From an uncultured Gammaproteobacteria bacterium (GTDB taxonomy: Bacteria > Patescibacteriota > Patescibacteriia > Magasanikbacterales > GWA2-37-8), in assembly GCA_964536725.1 (NCBI GenBank), contig CAZHYJ010000001.1, forward strand, positions 53,018 to 117,017: a stretch of DNA of 64,000 nt, written 5' to 3'. The position numbers were made by a program, and so were the translations under genes. Below the pieces are notes generated by a model. That model made no database searches and was not told the origin of the DNA. It saw only the letters and a list, made by a program, of their open reading frames with translations. Position 1 is the stretch's first letter. Each line of letters opens with the position of its first letter. Positions 56,272-64,000 of the stretch are shown here, one piece after another.

Positions 56272-57006
56272 ATGTCCGGACATTCTAAATGGCACAATAT
56301 CCAAGCGCGCAAAGGAAAGCAAGATGCCAAACGAGGTAACATCTTTTCTTTGTATGCCAAGAAAATCACTATTGCCACCAAAAGTGGCGGCGGTGATCCA
56401 ACGATGAATTTTTCTTTACGGATTTTAATTGATAAGGCTAAGGAGGCGGGGATGCCAAAAGACGGGATTGATCGCGCCATCAAGCGCGGAACAGGTGAAT
56501 CAGGAGAGAGTGCCCAAATCGAAGAGTGTTTGTATGAGGGTTATGCTCCAGGTGGAGTGGCGATTTTGGTTAAGACTTTGAGTGATAACAAGAATCGAAC
56601 AGTGGCGGATATTAAACATATTTTAAGTACACGCGGCGGTTCGATGGGCGGGTCTGGGAGTGTTGCTTGGATGTTTAATGAGTGGGGTTTGATCACGGTG
56701 GCAAGTGAAAAATTTAAAAATGATAAATTAAATCGTGAAGAATTAGAATTGGCTTTGATTGAAGTCGGAGCGGAAGATATTACGGAAGAGGACGAGGAAG
56801 TGGAGATAAAAACAAAGGTGGAAAATTTACAAAAGGTAGTTAACAAATTAAAAGAACTGGGTGTTGAGCCGGACGAAGATGGTTTAGGTTGGGTAGCTAA
56901 AGACAAAGTGCCAGTGTCGAAAGAAAACCAGGCCAAGTTGTCCGCGCTTTTTACGGCGTTAGAGGAAAACGATGATGTGGAAGAATATTTTACTAACGCA
57001 GAGTGA
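56272..57006 (+). CDS. yebC: YebC/PmpR-family transcriptional regulator
   Basis: MSGHSKWHNIQARKGKQDAKRGNIF... is the canonical YebC N-terminus. Confidence 0.85.
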   Translation: MSGHSKWHNIQARKGKQDAKRGNIFSLYAKKITIATKSGGGDPTMNFSLRILIDKAKEAGMPKDGIDRAIKRGTGESGESAQIEECLYEGYAPGGVAILVKTLSDNKNRTVADIKHILSTRGGSMGGSGSVAWMFNEWGLITVASEKFKNDKLNREELELALIEVGAEDITEEDEEVEIKTKVENLQKVVNKLKELGVEPDEDGLGWVAKDKVPVSKENQAKLSALFTALEENDDVEEYFTNAE

Positions 57007-57034
57007 TATATTAAGATATATTTTCATTCATTCG

Positions 57035-57058
57035 GAAAAGCAAACAAGTTTGCTTTTC
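57035..57058 (+). terminator. Hairpin GAAAAGCAAAC-AA-GTTTGCTTTTC after yebC
   Basis: Perfect 11-bp stem; the U-tail is weak. Confidence 0.4.
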
Positions 57059-57075
57059 ACTCATTCATTTTAAAT

Positions 57076-57585
57076 ATGAAATTGCCCGAAATAATTTTGG
57101 GAGTTGATCCGGGTTTTGGGCGCATGGGTTGGGGGGTAATAAAACAGGAAAAAAATAATACCTGGCGGGCATTGGATTGGGGTTGTGTAAAAACAACACC
57201 CAATAGTGTGTTGTCTGATCGGTTGATGATTTTACGTGATGAATTAAAAGCAGTGATTAAAAAATATCAGCCAACTAGTGCTGCCGTGGAACAGTTGTTT
57301 TTCTTTAATAACGCCAAGACGGCGATGGATGTAGGACAGGCACGAGGGGTAATATTGTTAACGATAATTGATGCAGGTATGAAAGTGGCAGAGTTTACAC
57401 CATTGCAGGTAAAGCAGGCGACTACAGGGTATGGTCGAGCGGAGAAAGGGCAGATGCAAAAGATGGTGGCAGTAATTTTAGGACTAAAAGAAAAGATAAA
57501 ATCCGACGACGCGGCCGATGCGCTCGCTATTGCCTTGTGTGCCGCGCAAAGTCAAAAATGGAATTTAATGTGTGGAAAAAAATAA
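57076..57585 (+). CDS. ruvC: Holliday junction resolvase RuvC
   Basis: MKLPEIILGVDPGFGRMGWGVI.. with the catalytic Asp in DPG, and the ..DAADALAIALC.. motif. Confidence 0.85.
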   Translation: MKLPEIILGVDPGFGRMGWGVIKQEKNNTWRALDWGCVKTTPNSVLSDRLMILRDELKAVIKKYQPTSAAVEQLFFFNNAKTAMDVGQARGVILLTIIDAGMKVAEFTPLQVKQATTGYGRAEKGQMQKMVAVILGLKEKIKSDDAADALAIALCAAQSQKWNLMCGKK

Positions 57586-58033
57586 TTTTGTAATTTTACT
57601 TCCGAGTATTCGTAGTGCCCACAATGTTGGTGCTATGTTTCGGACTGCCGACGGCGCCGGGGTTGATAAATTGTATCTAACCGGATTCACACCGACACCA
57701 CCCCATCCCCGCTTGGACAAAGTTTCTTTAGGGGCAGAAAAATGGATGGCTTGGGAGTATGTAAAACAGCCAGTACGGTTGTTAAAAAAATTAAAAGCGG
57801 AGGGGTATGAAATTGTCGCTTTGGAGCAAACCAAAAAAAGTGTTAATATATATGAGTGGCAACCAAAGTTTCCGACAGTGTTGATTGTGGGAAATGAAAA
57901 AACCGGTGTGACAAAAAATATGTTAAAATATTGTGACACGGAAGTCGAACTACCAATGCGCGGGAAAAAGAATAGTTTGAACGTCAGTGTTGCTGCTGGT
58001 ATTGCCATGTATTATATTAGTAATTTTAAATAA
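57572..58033 (+). CDS. SpoU/TrmH-family RNA 2'-O-methyltransferase (TrmL-like, 153 aa)
   Basis: ..SAHNVGAMFRTADGAGV.. and ..LIVGNEKTGV.. ..LPMRGKKNSLNVSVAAGIAMY.. are SPOUT motifs. Confidence 0.7.
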   Translation: MEKNNFVILLPSIRSAHNVGAMFRTADGAGVDKLYLTGFTPTPPHPRLDKVSLGAEKWMAWEYVKQPVRLLKKLKAEGYEIVALEQTKKSVNIYEWQPKFPTVLIVGNEKTGVTKNMLKYCDTEVELPMRGKKNSLNVSVAAGIAMYYISNFK

Positions 58034-58038
58034 TTTTT

Positions 58039-58758
58039 ATGCAATCAACCATTTCACTATTCCGTTATCTTTATGAACATTTGCCTCCGCTTTTTCTCGA
58101 AGAGGACAAGGCAAAGATGAAGCACGCTTTGGAGCATTTAGAAAATGATCCAACGGTGCCGATAGATTCGTTGGAAGATATGATGGTGGCCTTTGGATAT
58201 TTGGTTTGGCCATGGACACAAGCACACCAAGAATTTCTAGCGTTAGCTGAAGGTGAAGTGGGGGAACACTTTTTGTTGCCACGGTTATCACCAGGTTTAC
58301 AGGAGAAATATATTGAGTTCAAAGCTTATGGCGGAACACTGCGTGATATGCATTCGGGTCGGTCAGCAGAGTATTTTGAAAGCGAAGAACGCAACGAGTT
58401 GTGTGTAGCTTTCGTTGGTATGCAAAACGACCTGCGTGATTTTGTTGATCGTAAAGTGGTAGGAATGGAAAAGAAAAAATATTTACAACGCGTGGAAGAT
58501 TTTAAAAAGGTGTTGAAAGAGATTAGGGGGAAGCTAGATGAAATGGTAGTGTTGTCCGAGCGCGAACAGGATCACCCAAATTTGGCTAACGAAATTAGAG
58601 AGCGGGTACGGATGTTTGAACATGGCTTGTGTCATTTAGCACCTTCACCTGATCACGAGGCAGTGTGCCGGTCGGTAGATTTTTTTCACGAAAGAAAAAA
58701 AGATTTGAATCGTATGCGTGGGACACATTTGGTTCCGGAGATTGATTTTTACACTTAA
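58039..58758 (+). CDS. Hypothetical protein
   Basis: ORF only. Confidence 0.4.
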   Translation: MQSTISLFRYLYEHLPPLFLEEDKAKMKHALEHLENDPTVPIDSLEDMMVAFGYLVWPWTQAHQEFLALAEGEVGEHFLLPRLSPGLQEKYIEFKAYGGTLRDMHSGRSAEYFESEERNELCVAFVGMQNDLRDFVDRKVVGMEKKKYLQRVEDFKKVLKEIRGKLDEMVVLSEREQDHPNLANEIRERVRMFEHGLCHLAPSPDHEAVCRSVDFFHERKKDLNRMRGTHLVPEIDFYT

Positions 58759-58762
58759 TTAT

Positions 58763-59281
58763 ATGAAACCGATACTCCTAGTTATTGCCCATGAAGGTTT
58801 TCAACCGGTGGAATATGATGTGCCAAAGAGAGCGTTGCTCACTTCTGGTTTTGAGGTTAAAACCGCTAGCGATTTGCTCGGCACGGCAATTTCAGCGATT
58901 GATCAAGAAGAGGCTGAAGTGGATCTAACTTTGGATAGTGTAGCGGTTAGTGATTACGATGGTATTTTTTTTATCGGCGGTCCAGGCGCCTTGGAGTTTT
59001 TAAATAACGAAAAATCATATCGAGTAATTCAAGAGGCGGCTAAGGAGTGTAAGGTGTGGGGAGCAATTTGTATCTCTCCGCGTATTTTGGCTGAAGCAGG
59101 TGTCCTGAAAGGAAGAAAAGCCACTGGTTGGGATGATGATGGCGAGTTGGTCGGAATATTGTCTGGTGTTGGTGCAGAATATATTAAGGAACCAGTAGTA
59201 GTTGATGGAAATTTAATTACTGCTAGTGGTCCAGCTGCGGCGGAGGAATTTGGAAGAGAAATTGTAAGAGTATTAAAATAA
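58763..59281 (+). CDS. DJ-1/PfpI-family protein
   Basis: ..DGIFFIGGPGA.. and ..GAICISPRILAEAGVLKGRKATG.. include the nucleophile-elbow Cys. The likely start is M58763, within the ORF open from 58718. Confidence 0.65.
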   Translation: MKPILLVIAHEGFQPVEYDVPKRALLTSGFEVKTASDLLGTAISAIDQEEAEVDLTLDSVAVSDYDGIFFIGGPGALEFLNNEKSYRVIQEAAKECKVWGAICISPRILAEAGVLKGRKATGWDDDGELVGILSGVGAEYIKEPVVVDGNLITASGPAAAEEFGREIVRVLK

Positions 59282-59285
59282 CGAT

Positions 59286-60320
59286 ATGGTTACTTGGAAA
59301 GAAATCAAAGACGATAGTAGTGCCCGTTGGCGCATTGAGAAAAAAGCGGAGATAATAAAATCTATCCGCGAGTTTTTTTGGTCACAAGATTTTATCGAAC
59401 CTACCACACCGGTGGCAGTTTACAAAATGATCCAGGAAAAATATCTCCAACCCGTGCCGATTAAATTTCATAATCCAAACGGAAAGGAGTTTCCCTTTGT
59501 TTTAGTTACGTCACCTGAGATTGGTTTGAAAAAATTGTTAGGTGCTGGTCTATCAAAAATTTTTCAAGTGTGTCCGGTCTTTCGTGATTATGAAGATTTT
59601 GGCCATACGCATAATCCAGAATTTTTAATGTTAGAATGGTATCGTTCGCCGGGTGGTCTAACAGCAATTATGGATGACACGGAAAACATGGTGAAGTTTA
59701 TCGCCCAGAAAATTGGGGTAGAGAAAATTAAAGTGGGTGACAAGGAAGTCAACTTGTTGATCGAATGGGAGAGAATTAGTATGAAAGATTTGTGGAAGAA
59801 ACTTTTGGATGTAAATTTGGATGATTATCTAACCGATGAGACAATGGCCGAACTGGCTAGATCTTTAGGATACAATGTCAAAGTAGGTGAGGCCTATGAA
59901 AACAGTTTTTACGAAATATTTTTAAACAAAGTTGAGCCATTTTTGGGTGCTGAGCGACCGGTGATGATTTACGACTACCCTTTACCAATGTCAGCGTTGT
60001 GTAGGCCCAACCCAAGCGATCCACGCTATGTAGAGCGTTCGGAGTGTTATATCGCCGGCCTGGAGCTTTCCAACGCCTATGGCGAGCTGGTGGACGTTGT
60101 GGAACAGTCTAAGAGGATGCAAGAGAGCTACGATTGTCGGATAAAAAACAATTTGGCATTAACACCAATAGACGAAGATTTCAATGTGGCGGTGGGGGAG
60201 ATAAAATCAGCGGGTGGGATTGCTTTGGGGGTAGATCGGTTAGTGATGCTCCTTACTGAAGCCAAAGATATTAACGATGTAATTTTTGAATCAGTAGCAG
60301 ATCAGGTGGAGAGAGAATAA
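59286..60320 (+). CDS. epmA: EpmA/GenX-like class II aaRS-core paralog (elongation factor P lysylation enzyme, LysRS-like)
   Basis: Class II motifs are ..KIFQVCPVFRDYEDFGHTHNPEFLMLEWY.. and ..AGGIALGVDRLVMLL... Its length of 344 aa is too short for a full LysRS. Confidence 0.55.
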   Translation: MVTWKEIKDDSSARWRIEKKAEIIKSIREFFWSQDFIEPTTPVAVYKMIQEKYLQPVPIKFHNPNGKEFPFVLVTSPEIGLKKLLGAGLSKIFQVCPVFRDYEDFGHTHNPEFLMLEWYRSPGGLTAIMDDTENMVKFIAQKIGVEKIKVGDKEVNLLIEWERISMKDLWKKLLDVNLDDYLTDETMAELARSLGYNVKVGEAYENSFYEIFLNKVEPFLGAERPVMIYDYPLPMSALCRPNPSDPRYVERSECYIAGLELSNAYGELVDVVEQSKRMQESYDCRIKNNLALTPIDEDFNVAVGEIKSAGGIALGVDRLVMLLTEAKDINDVIFESVADQVERE

Positions 60321-60395
60321 AAGTACTATAATAAAATATCCCAGACTAAGCTAGCTGGGATATTTTATTTACAGTCATTATCGTCTTAAAAATAC

Positions 60396-60443
60396 TTGTT
60401 TCGGTGCCGCGGTCGTCGCGAGTCTTCCTAGGCACCTCAACAA
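60396..60443. terminator. Palindromic element, family copy B, between convergent epmA-like and pfkB genes
   Basis: Same arms as the copy at 36331-36378; the central 9 nt differ. Confidence 0.5.
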
Positions 60444-60543
60444 TTATTTTTAAAACTCATATTTTTTAAAATTTTTATTGAGAAGCCTAGGGAGCTTCGC
60501 AGCGACCGGGGCTTCGAAATAAATGTTTTAAAAAATTAAATCA

Positions 60544-61533
60544 CTAGAAAACTTTTATTGGTTTGGTGCCAGGAAAAGTATTAATCATCTTTTTCATACC
60601 CATCGGTCGGAGTAGCCCAAGGTGTGAGCTTGGTTGCTGAATCACGGAACAGCTATTTGCAATCCCCCAAACCAAACAAGTGGTAATATCGTTACCAGTA
60701 ATTTTTGCTGCTAGATATCCGGAAGAAAAAGCATCGCCTGCACCAGTCTTGGCAACTACCTTTACCGGATAGCTTTCCATCTTGTAGACATTTTCTTCAT
60801 CACCCGCCATTGCTCCGCTCGCGGCGTCAGTGATTACCACTTCCTGCGCGCCCAAATTTATCAATTCGTGAATTAACGCTCGTGCACTTTTTTCTTTCTT
60901 TAGAGTTGTGCCCAGTATTTTTTCTGCTTCTTGGCGATTAACAATTAGCAGATCAGTAATTTTTAACATTTCGCGGACAGTTTCCAAAGAGTTTTTTAAT
61001 TGGAATGATCCAGGGTTGTAAGCTAGACGAACAGTGGGGTGTTTTCTTAAATATTTTTCTAGTGATTCCAATAAATTTTCGAAACCTTCAGACAAGCCGG
61101 TAAAATATATCCAATCAACTTCCGGTTCGTTTTTTGGCCAAACATATTGGCGTTTGTGGTGATAGACCAAGATTGTTCGTTCGCCTTTAAAATTTAAAAC
61201 GGTGGAATAGCGGGTGGGTGTTTTTATGTCGATAGTTATCAGGTTGGTTTCGACACCATTGTTTTTTAGTTCGTTAATAACCAACTCACCACTGCTGTCA
61301 TTACCAATCGAGGTGAGGATTGAGGTGGAGACATCAAGTTTAGCGGTGCCGATGGCGACATTGGCGCCATTACCGCCCACTGCCTGAAAACTTTCTTTTA
61401 CTGGAATCTTGGCTGCATAATCTAAACAGAGCTTGCAGTTGGTATGATCAAAATCACACTCCAAAGAAGCATCGTCGATCATTAATTGTGTGTCGATGGT
61501 CGCGTCGCCGATAACCAAGAGTTGTTTGATCAT
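60544..61533 (-). CDS. PfkB-family carbohydrate/nucleoside kinase (ribokinase-like)
   Basis: ..GGNGANVAIG.. and the C-terminal ..GAGDAFSSGYLAA.. signature. Confidence 0.75.
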   Translation of the reverse strand: MIKQLLVIGDATIDTQLMIDDASLECDFDHTNCKLCLDYAAKIPVKESFQAVGGNGANVAIGTAKLDVSTSILTSIGNDSSGELVINELKNNGVETNLITIDIKTPTRYSTVLNFKGERTILVYHHKRQYVWPKNEPEVDWIYFTGLSEGFENLLESLEKYLRKHPTVRLAYNPGSFQLKNSLETVREMLKITDLLIVNRQEAEKILGTTLKKEKSARALIHELINLGAQEVVITDAASGAMAGDEENVYKMESYPVKVVAKTGAGDAFSSGYLAAKITGNDITTCLVWGIANSCSVIQQPSSHLGLLRPMGMKKMINTFPGTKPIKVF

Positions 61534-61536
61534 ATA

Positions 61537-61872
61537 TTATCTTTTTATCTCATGCGGACAATTACCACTAGGACATTTGTATTTGGACACCATCTCTTCG
61601 CTGTGCACGTGGCGTCCGATCAATATTTCGATGAGTTCGATAAAAGCACCCACTGTTAAGCCAGCCATTGCAACAGAAAATATTGTGTTACCAATCCATA
61701 GGGCGTACACCAAAAGACAGCCTGCGCCAATGGTAAAGACGGCGTCTTGGCGACGTTCGGCTTCTAAGAAGATGGCATAGGTAATTAAAATTGCTCCGAG
61801 TCCAGCAGCTACATTCATAATGATATCAATGAGTGGCCAGGGGAGCGTAGGAAGAAAACCGGCGAATGGCAT
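61537..61872 (-). CDS. Small membrane protein
   Basis: Three TM helices; C-terminal ..KCPSGNCPHE... Confidence 0.35.
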   Translation of the reverse strand: MPFAGFLPTLPWPLIDIIMNVAAGLGAILITYAIFLEAERRQDAVFTIGAGCLLVYALWIGNTIFSVAMAGLTVGAFIELIEILIGRHVHSEEMVSKYKCPSGNCPHEIKR

Positions 61873-61893
61873 ATAATTAATTTAAAAGTTAAA

Positions 61894-62115
61894 TTATTTT
61901 TTCTTTAATAAAAAAACTTCGTAAACACTGGCGATGGTAAATATTATCTGTAGTGGGATAAATACCGGATCTCTTAGATACGCGCTGTAGCAAAACAATA
62001 ATATGCCGCCGATAATAAAATAATAATTTCTCGGCAGTGCCTTCTTTGTGATCACGCCAACAGTGATAAAAATTAGTCCAAGTGAGCCGAGTATTTTAAA
62101 TATAAGCGGTAACAT
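61894..62115 (-). CDS. Small membrane protein
   Basis: Two TM helices. Confidence 0.3.
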   Translation of the reverse strand: MLPLIFKILGSLGLIFITVGVITKKALPRNYYFIIGGILLFCYSAYLRDPVFIPLQIIFTIASVYEVFLLKKK

Positions 62116-62121
62116 ATATTT

Positions 62122-63069
62122 TTATTCCTCAAACCGATTGAGATATTCAATCGCAGCGAGCGCGGCGATGATACCTTGTCCAGCAGAGATGCCGATTTGT
62201 TTGTAGGGGATATTAGTAACATCACCAGCGGCCAAGATACCAGGCATAGTGGTGTTGCATTTGGCGTCCACCACAATTTCTCCAGTGCGAGTTTTTTCTA
62301 CATTGTCGATAAATTGTGAATTAGGAATCTGGCCCGCGTGCACCATTACACCTTGTACTTCAATAGTTTTTTCTGCGCCAGCTTCGTCGGTATATTTTAG
62401 TCCGCTCACTCGATCGGTGCCCAGCACCTCGGTAGTTTTGGCGCCATAGATTATCTCTACATTTGGTAGTTGTTTTATCTTATCAACCAAAATATTTTCT
62501 CCTTTAGGGAAGCCGCCGTTGTTTTCTGGAGTGTTGGTATATTTACTGATTAAATATACCTTGGTGGCTATAGTGGCCATCATCAGAGCGGATTCTAAGG
62601 CTGCATTACCTGAGCCGATTGTAGCGGTAACTTTGTTGCGGAAAAGTGGACCGTCACAAACTGTGCAATAGGTTACACCTTTTTGGTACATCTCTTTTTC
62701 GTTGGGTATATCCAAGCGACGGGGATGAATACCAGTAGCGATAATTATCGTCTTAGTTTCGTAAGTTTTAACCTCGCCGACTGCGTTTTTGGCGGTGATT
62801 AAATAGTGTTTTTTTACTGGTTCAATTTTTTCTACACGCCAACCCTCGTCGGTTTTTACATCATAAGATTTTACGTGCTTGGCGAAATTTTGTGCCAATT
62901 CGTATCCTTGAATTTCAATAGTCCCGGGCCAGTTGTTCACCACCCCAGATAAGGCTACTTCACCCCCAATATTGTCGCTCACCATAACAAAATCCAGTTT
63001 TCTGCGGGCGGCATAGATAGCGGCGGCAGATCCAGCGGCAGCACCTCCGATAATAACAAGGTCCAACAT
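62122..63069 (-). CDS. trxB: Thioredoxin reductase
   Basis: ..VIIGGAAAGSAAAIYAAR.. (FAD GxGxxG) and the redox-active CTVCDG. Confidence 0.85.
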   Translation of the reverse strand: MLDLVIIGGAAAGSAAAIYAARRKLDFVMVSDNIGGEVALSGVVNNWPGTIEIQGYELAQNFAKHVKSYDVKTDEGWRVEKIEPVKKHYLITAKNAVGEVKTYETKTIIIATGIHPRRLDIPNEKEMYQKGVTYCTVCDGPLFRNKVTATIGSGNAALESALMMATIATKVYLISKYTNTPENNGGFPKGENILVDKIKQLPNVEIIYGAKTTEVLGTDRVSGLKYTDEAGAEKTIEVQGVMVHAGQIPNSQFIDNVEKTRTGEIVVDAKCNTTMPGILAAGDVTNIPYKQIGISAGQGIIAALAAIEYLNRFEE

Positions 63070-63072
63070 ATT

Positions 63073-63726
63073 TTAAAAAGTTTCTAATGATTTAACTAAT
63101 TTTTCGTATGCCAATTTAATATCTGGTTGTTTTACCAAAGCACTGCCAACACAGAAATAGTCAGTGCCCCAGCTGCTGATCAAAGCAATATTTTCTGGAG
63201 TAACGCCGCCGTCTACTGAGCAGGTCATGTGAGGATATAGTTCTTTAAATTTTTTAATTTTTTCACCCACTGCTGGAATGAAAGGGTTGCCTTGTGCGCC
63301 CGGGGTGACAGTCAAAAACAATACAGAGTCAACGTGGTCCATATATTGATCAATCTTTTCCAAGGATGTTTCGGGATTAACAGACAGTCCAACTGCCCAA
63401 TCAAGTTCACGTGTCAGTTTTATCGCTGCCATTATATCTTCCTGGCTTTCCACCGCAATGACCGCTTTTTTGACCGTTAGTACTTCTGCCCAAGTTTTAA
63501 TTTCTTCTAAAGGGTGTGCCACCATCAAATGTAATTCTAAATCAAGATTGTGGGGGACGGAGTTGATTTCTTTTCTTTCAGAAAAAGATTTGTTTGGTAC
63601 GAATACGCCGTCCATAACATCAATTTGCACGAAAGGGAATATTATTTCTGTAGCAGAAAGGTTGTTCAAAATATTTTTAAACTCAAAGAAGTCGGAAGTT
63701 AAAATTGCAGGGATAATAATATTCAT
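63073..63726 (-). CDS. rpe: Ribulose-phosphate 3-epimerase
   Basis: ..IIIPAILTSDF.., ..DVMDGVFVPN.. and ..HLMV.. motifs. The ORF is open to 63744; the likely start is MNIII at 63726. Confidence 0.75.
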   Translation of the reverse strand: MNIIIPAILTSDFFEFKNILNNLSATEIIFPFVQIDVMDGVFVPNKSFSERKEINSVPHNLDLELHLMVAHPLEEIKTWAEVLTVKKAVIAVESQEDIMAAIKLTRELDWAVGLSVNPETSLEKIDQYMDHVDSVLFLTVTPGAQGNPFIPAVGEKIKKFKELYPHMTCSVDGGVTPENIALISSWGTDYFCVGSALVKQPDIKLAYEKLVKSLETF

Positions 63727-63727
63727 A

Positions 63728-64000
63728 TTATTTACTTTCTTCAATTTCTTTAATTTTCTCCAGACGACGTGTGTAGCGGATGCTGTCGGTGCGCAATTCG
63801 GTTTCTAAAAACTTCTTTACAATGGCGGCGGCATGTTCTTCGGACAAGATCCGACCAGCTAAACAAAGTACATTCACATCATCATCACGTCGGGCGAGTT
63901 CAGCACCTTCAATGCTGTAGCCAATGGACGCACGCACTCCTTTTATTTTGTTGGCGGTGATGCACATTCCGTGGCCAGAGCCACAAATGAGGATGCCAAG
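63728..64000 (-). CDS. rpiB: Ribose-5-phosphate isomerase B (partial; N-terminus beyond the window end)
   Basis: ..LGILICGSGHGMCITANKIKGVRASIG.. and ..VLCLAGR.. are RpiB/LacAB motifs. The ORF runs off the window edge. Confidence 0.7.
   Translation of the reverse strand, partial: LGILICGSGHGMCITANKIKGVRASIGYSIEGAELARRDDDVNVLCLAGRILSEEHAAAIVKKFLETELRTDSIRYTRRLEKIKEIEESK

Overview
This is an AT-rich window with reduced-genome, Patescibacteria/CPR-like character; the taxon is an inference. A conserved core is interrupted by a roughly 23 kb accessory region (about 7.9-30.9 kb) anchored on tRNA genes. The core includes a tandem array of T4SS-pilin-like (TrbC/VirB2-like) paralogs, rpsO-NYN-pnp, AI-2E transporter, MOP flippase, SpoIID/LytB protein, ruvB, an intein-containing class II RNR (nrdJ), guaB, PduO-type adenosyltransferase, rpoB-rpoC, a Memo-CapA fusion, yebC-ruvC, trmL-like, DJ-1, epmA-like, pfkB, trxB, rpe and rpiB. 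The accessory region holds two paralogous large serine recombinases, each abutting and overlapping the 3' end of a tRNA (Gly-GCC and initiator Met). It also holds a P4-type primase / zf-CHC2 replication module. Between them is a string of single-gene cassettes separated by five copies of a conserved intergenic repeat; the cassettes include HicB-HicA, a Fic protein, a radical-SAM-like protein and a strongly GC-rich, foreign-looking gene. Further items are a pilin paralog with a roughly 230-aa hyper-cysteine-rich C-terminal domain, a G-tract (possible G-quadruplex) leader, an SRP-like structured RNA candidate, a palindromic MITE-like element present twice with compensatory hairpin changes, and a shared bidirectional terminator family. 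Six tRNAs were located by hand folding. No CRISPR array or rRNA was seen.
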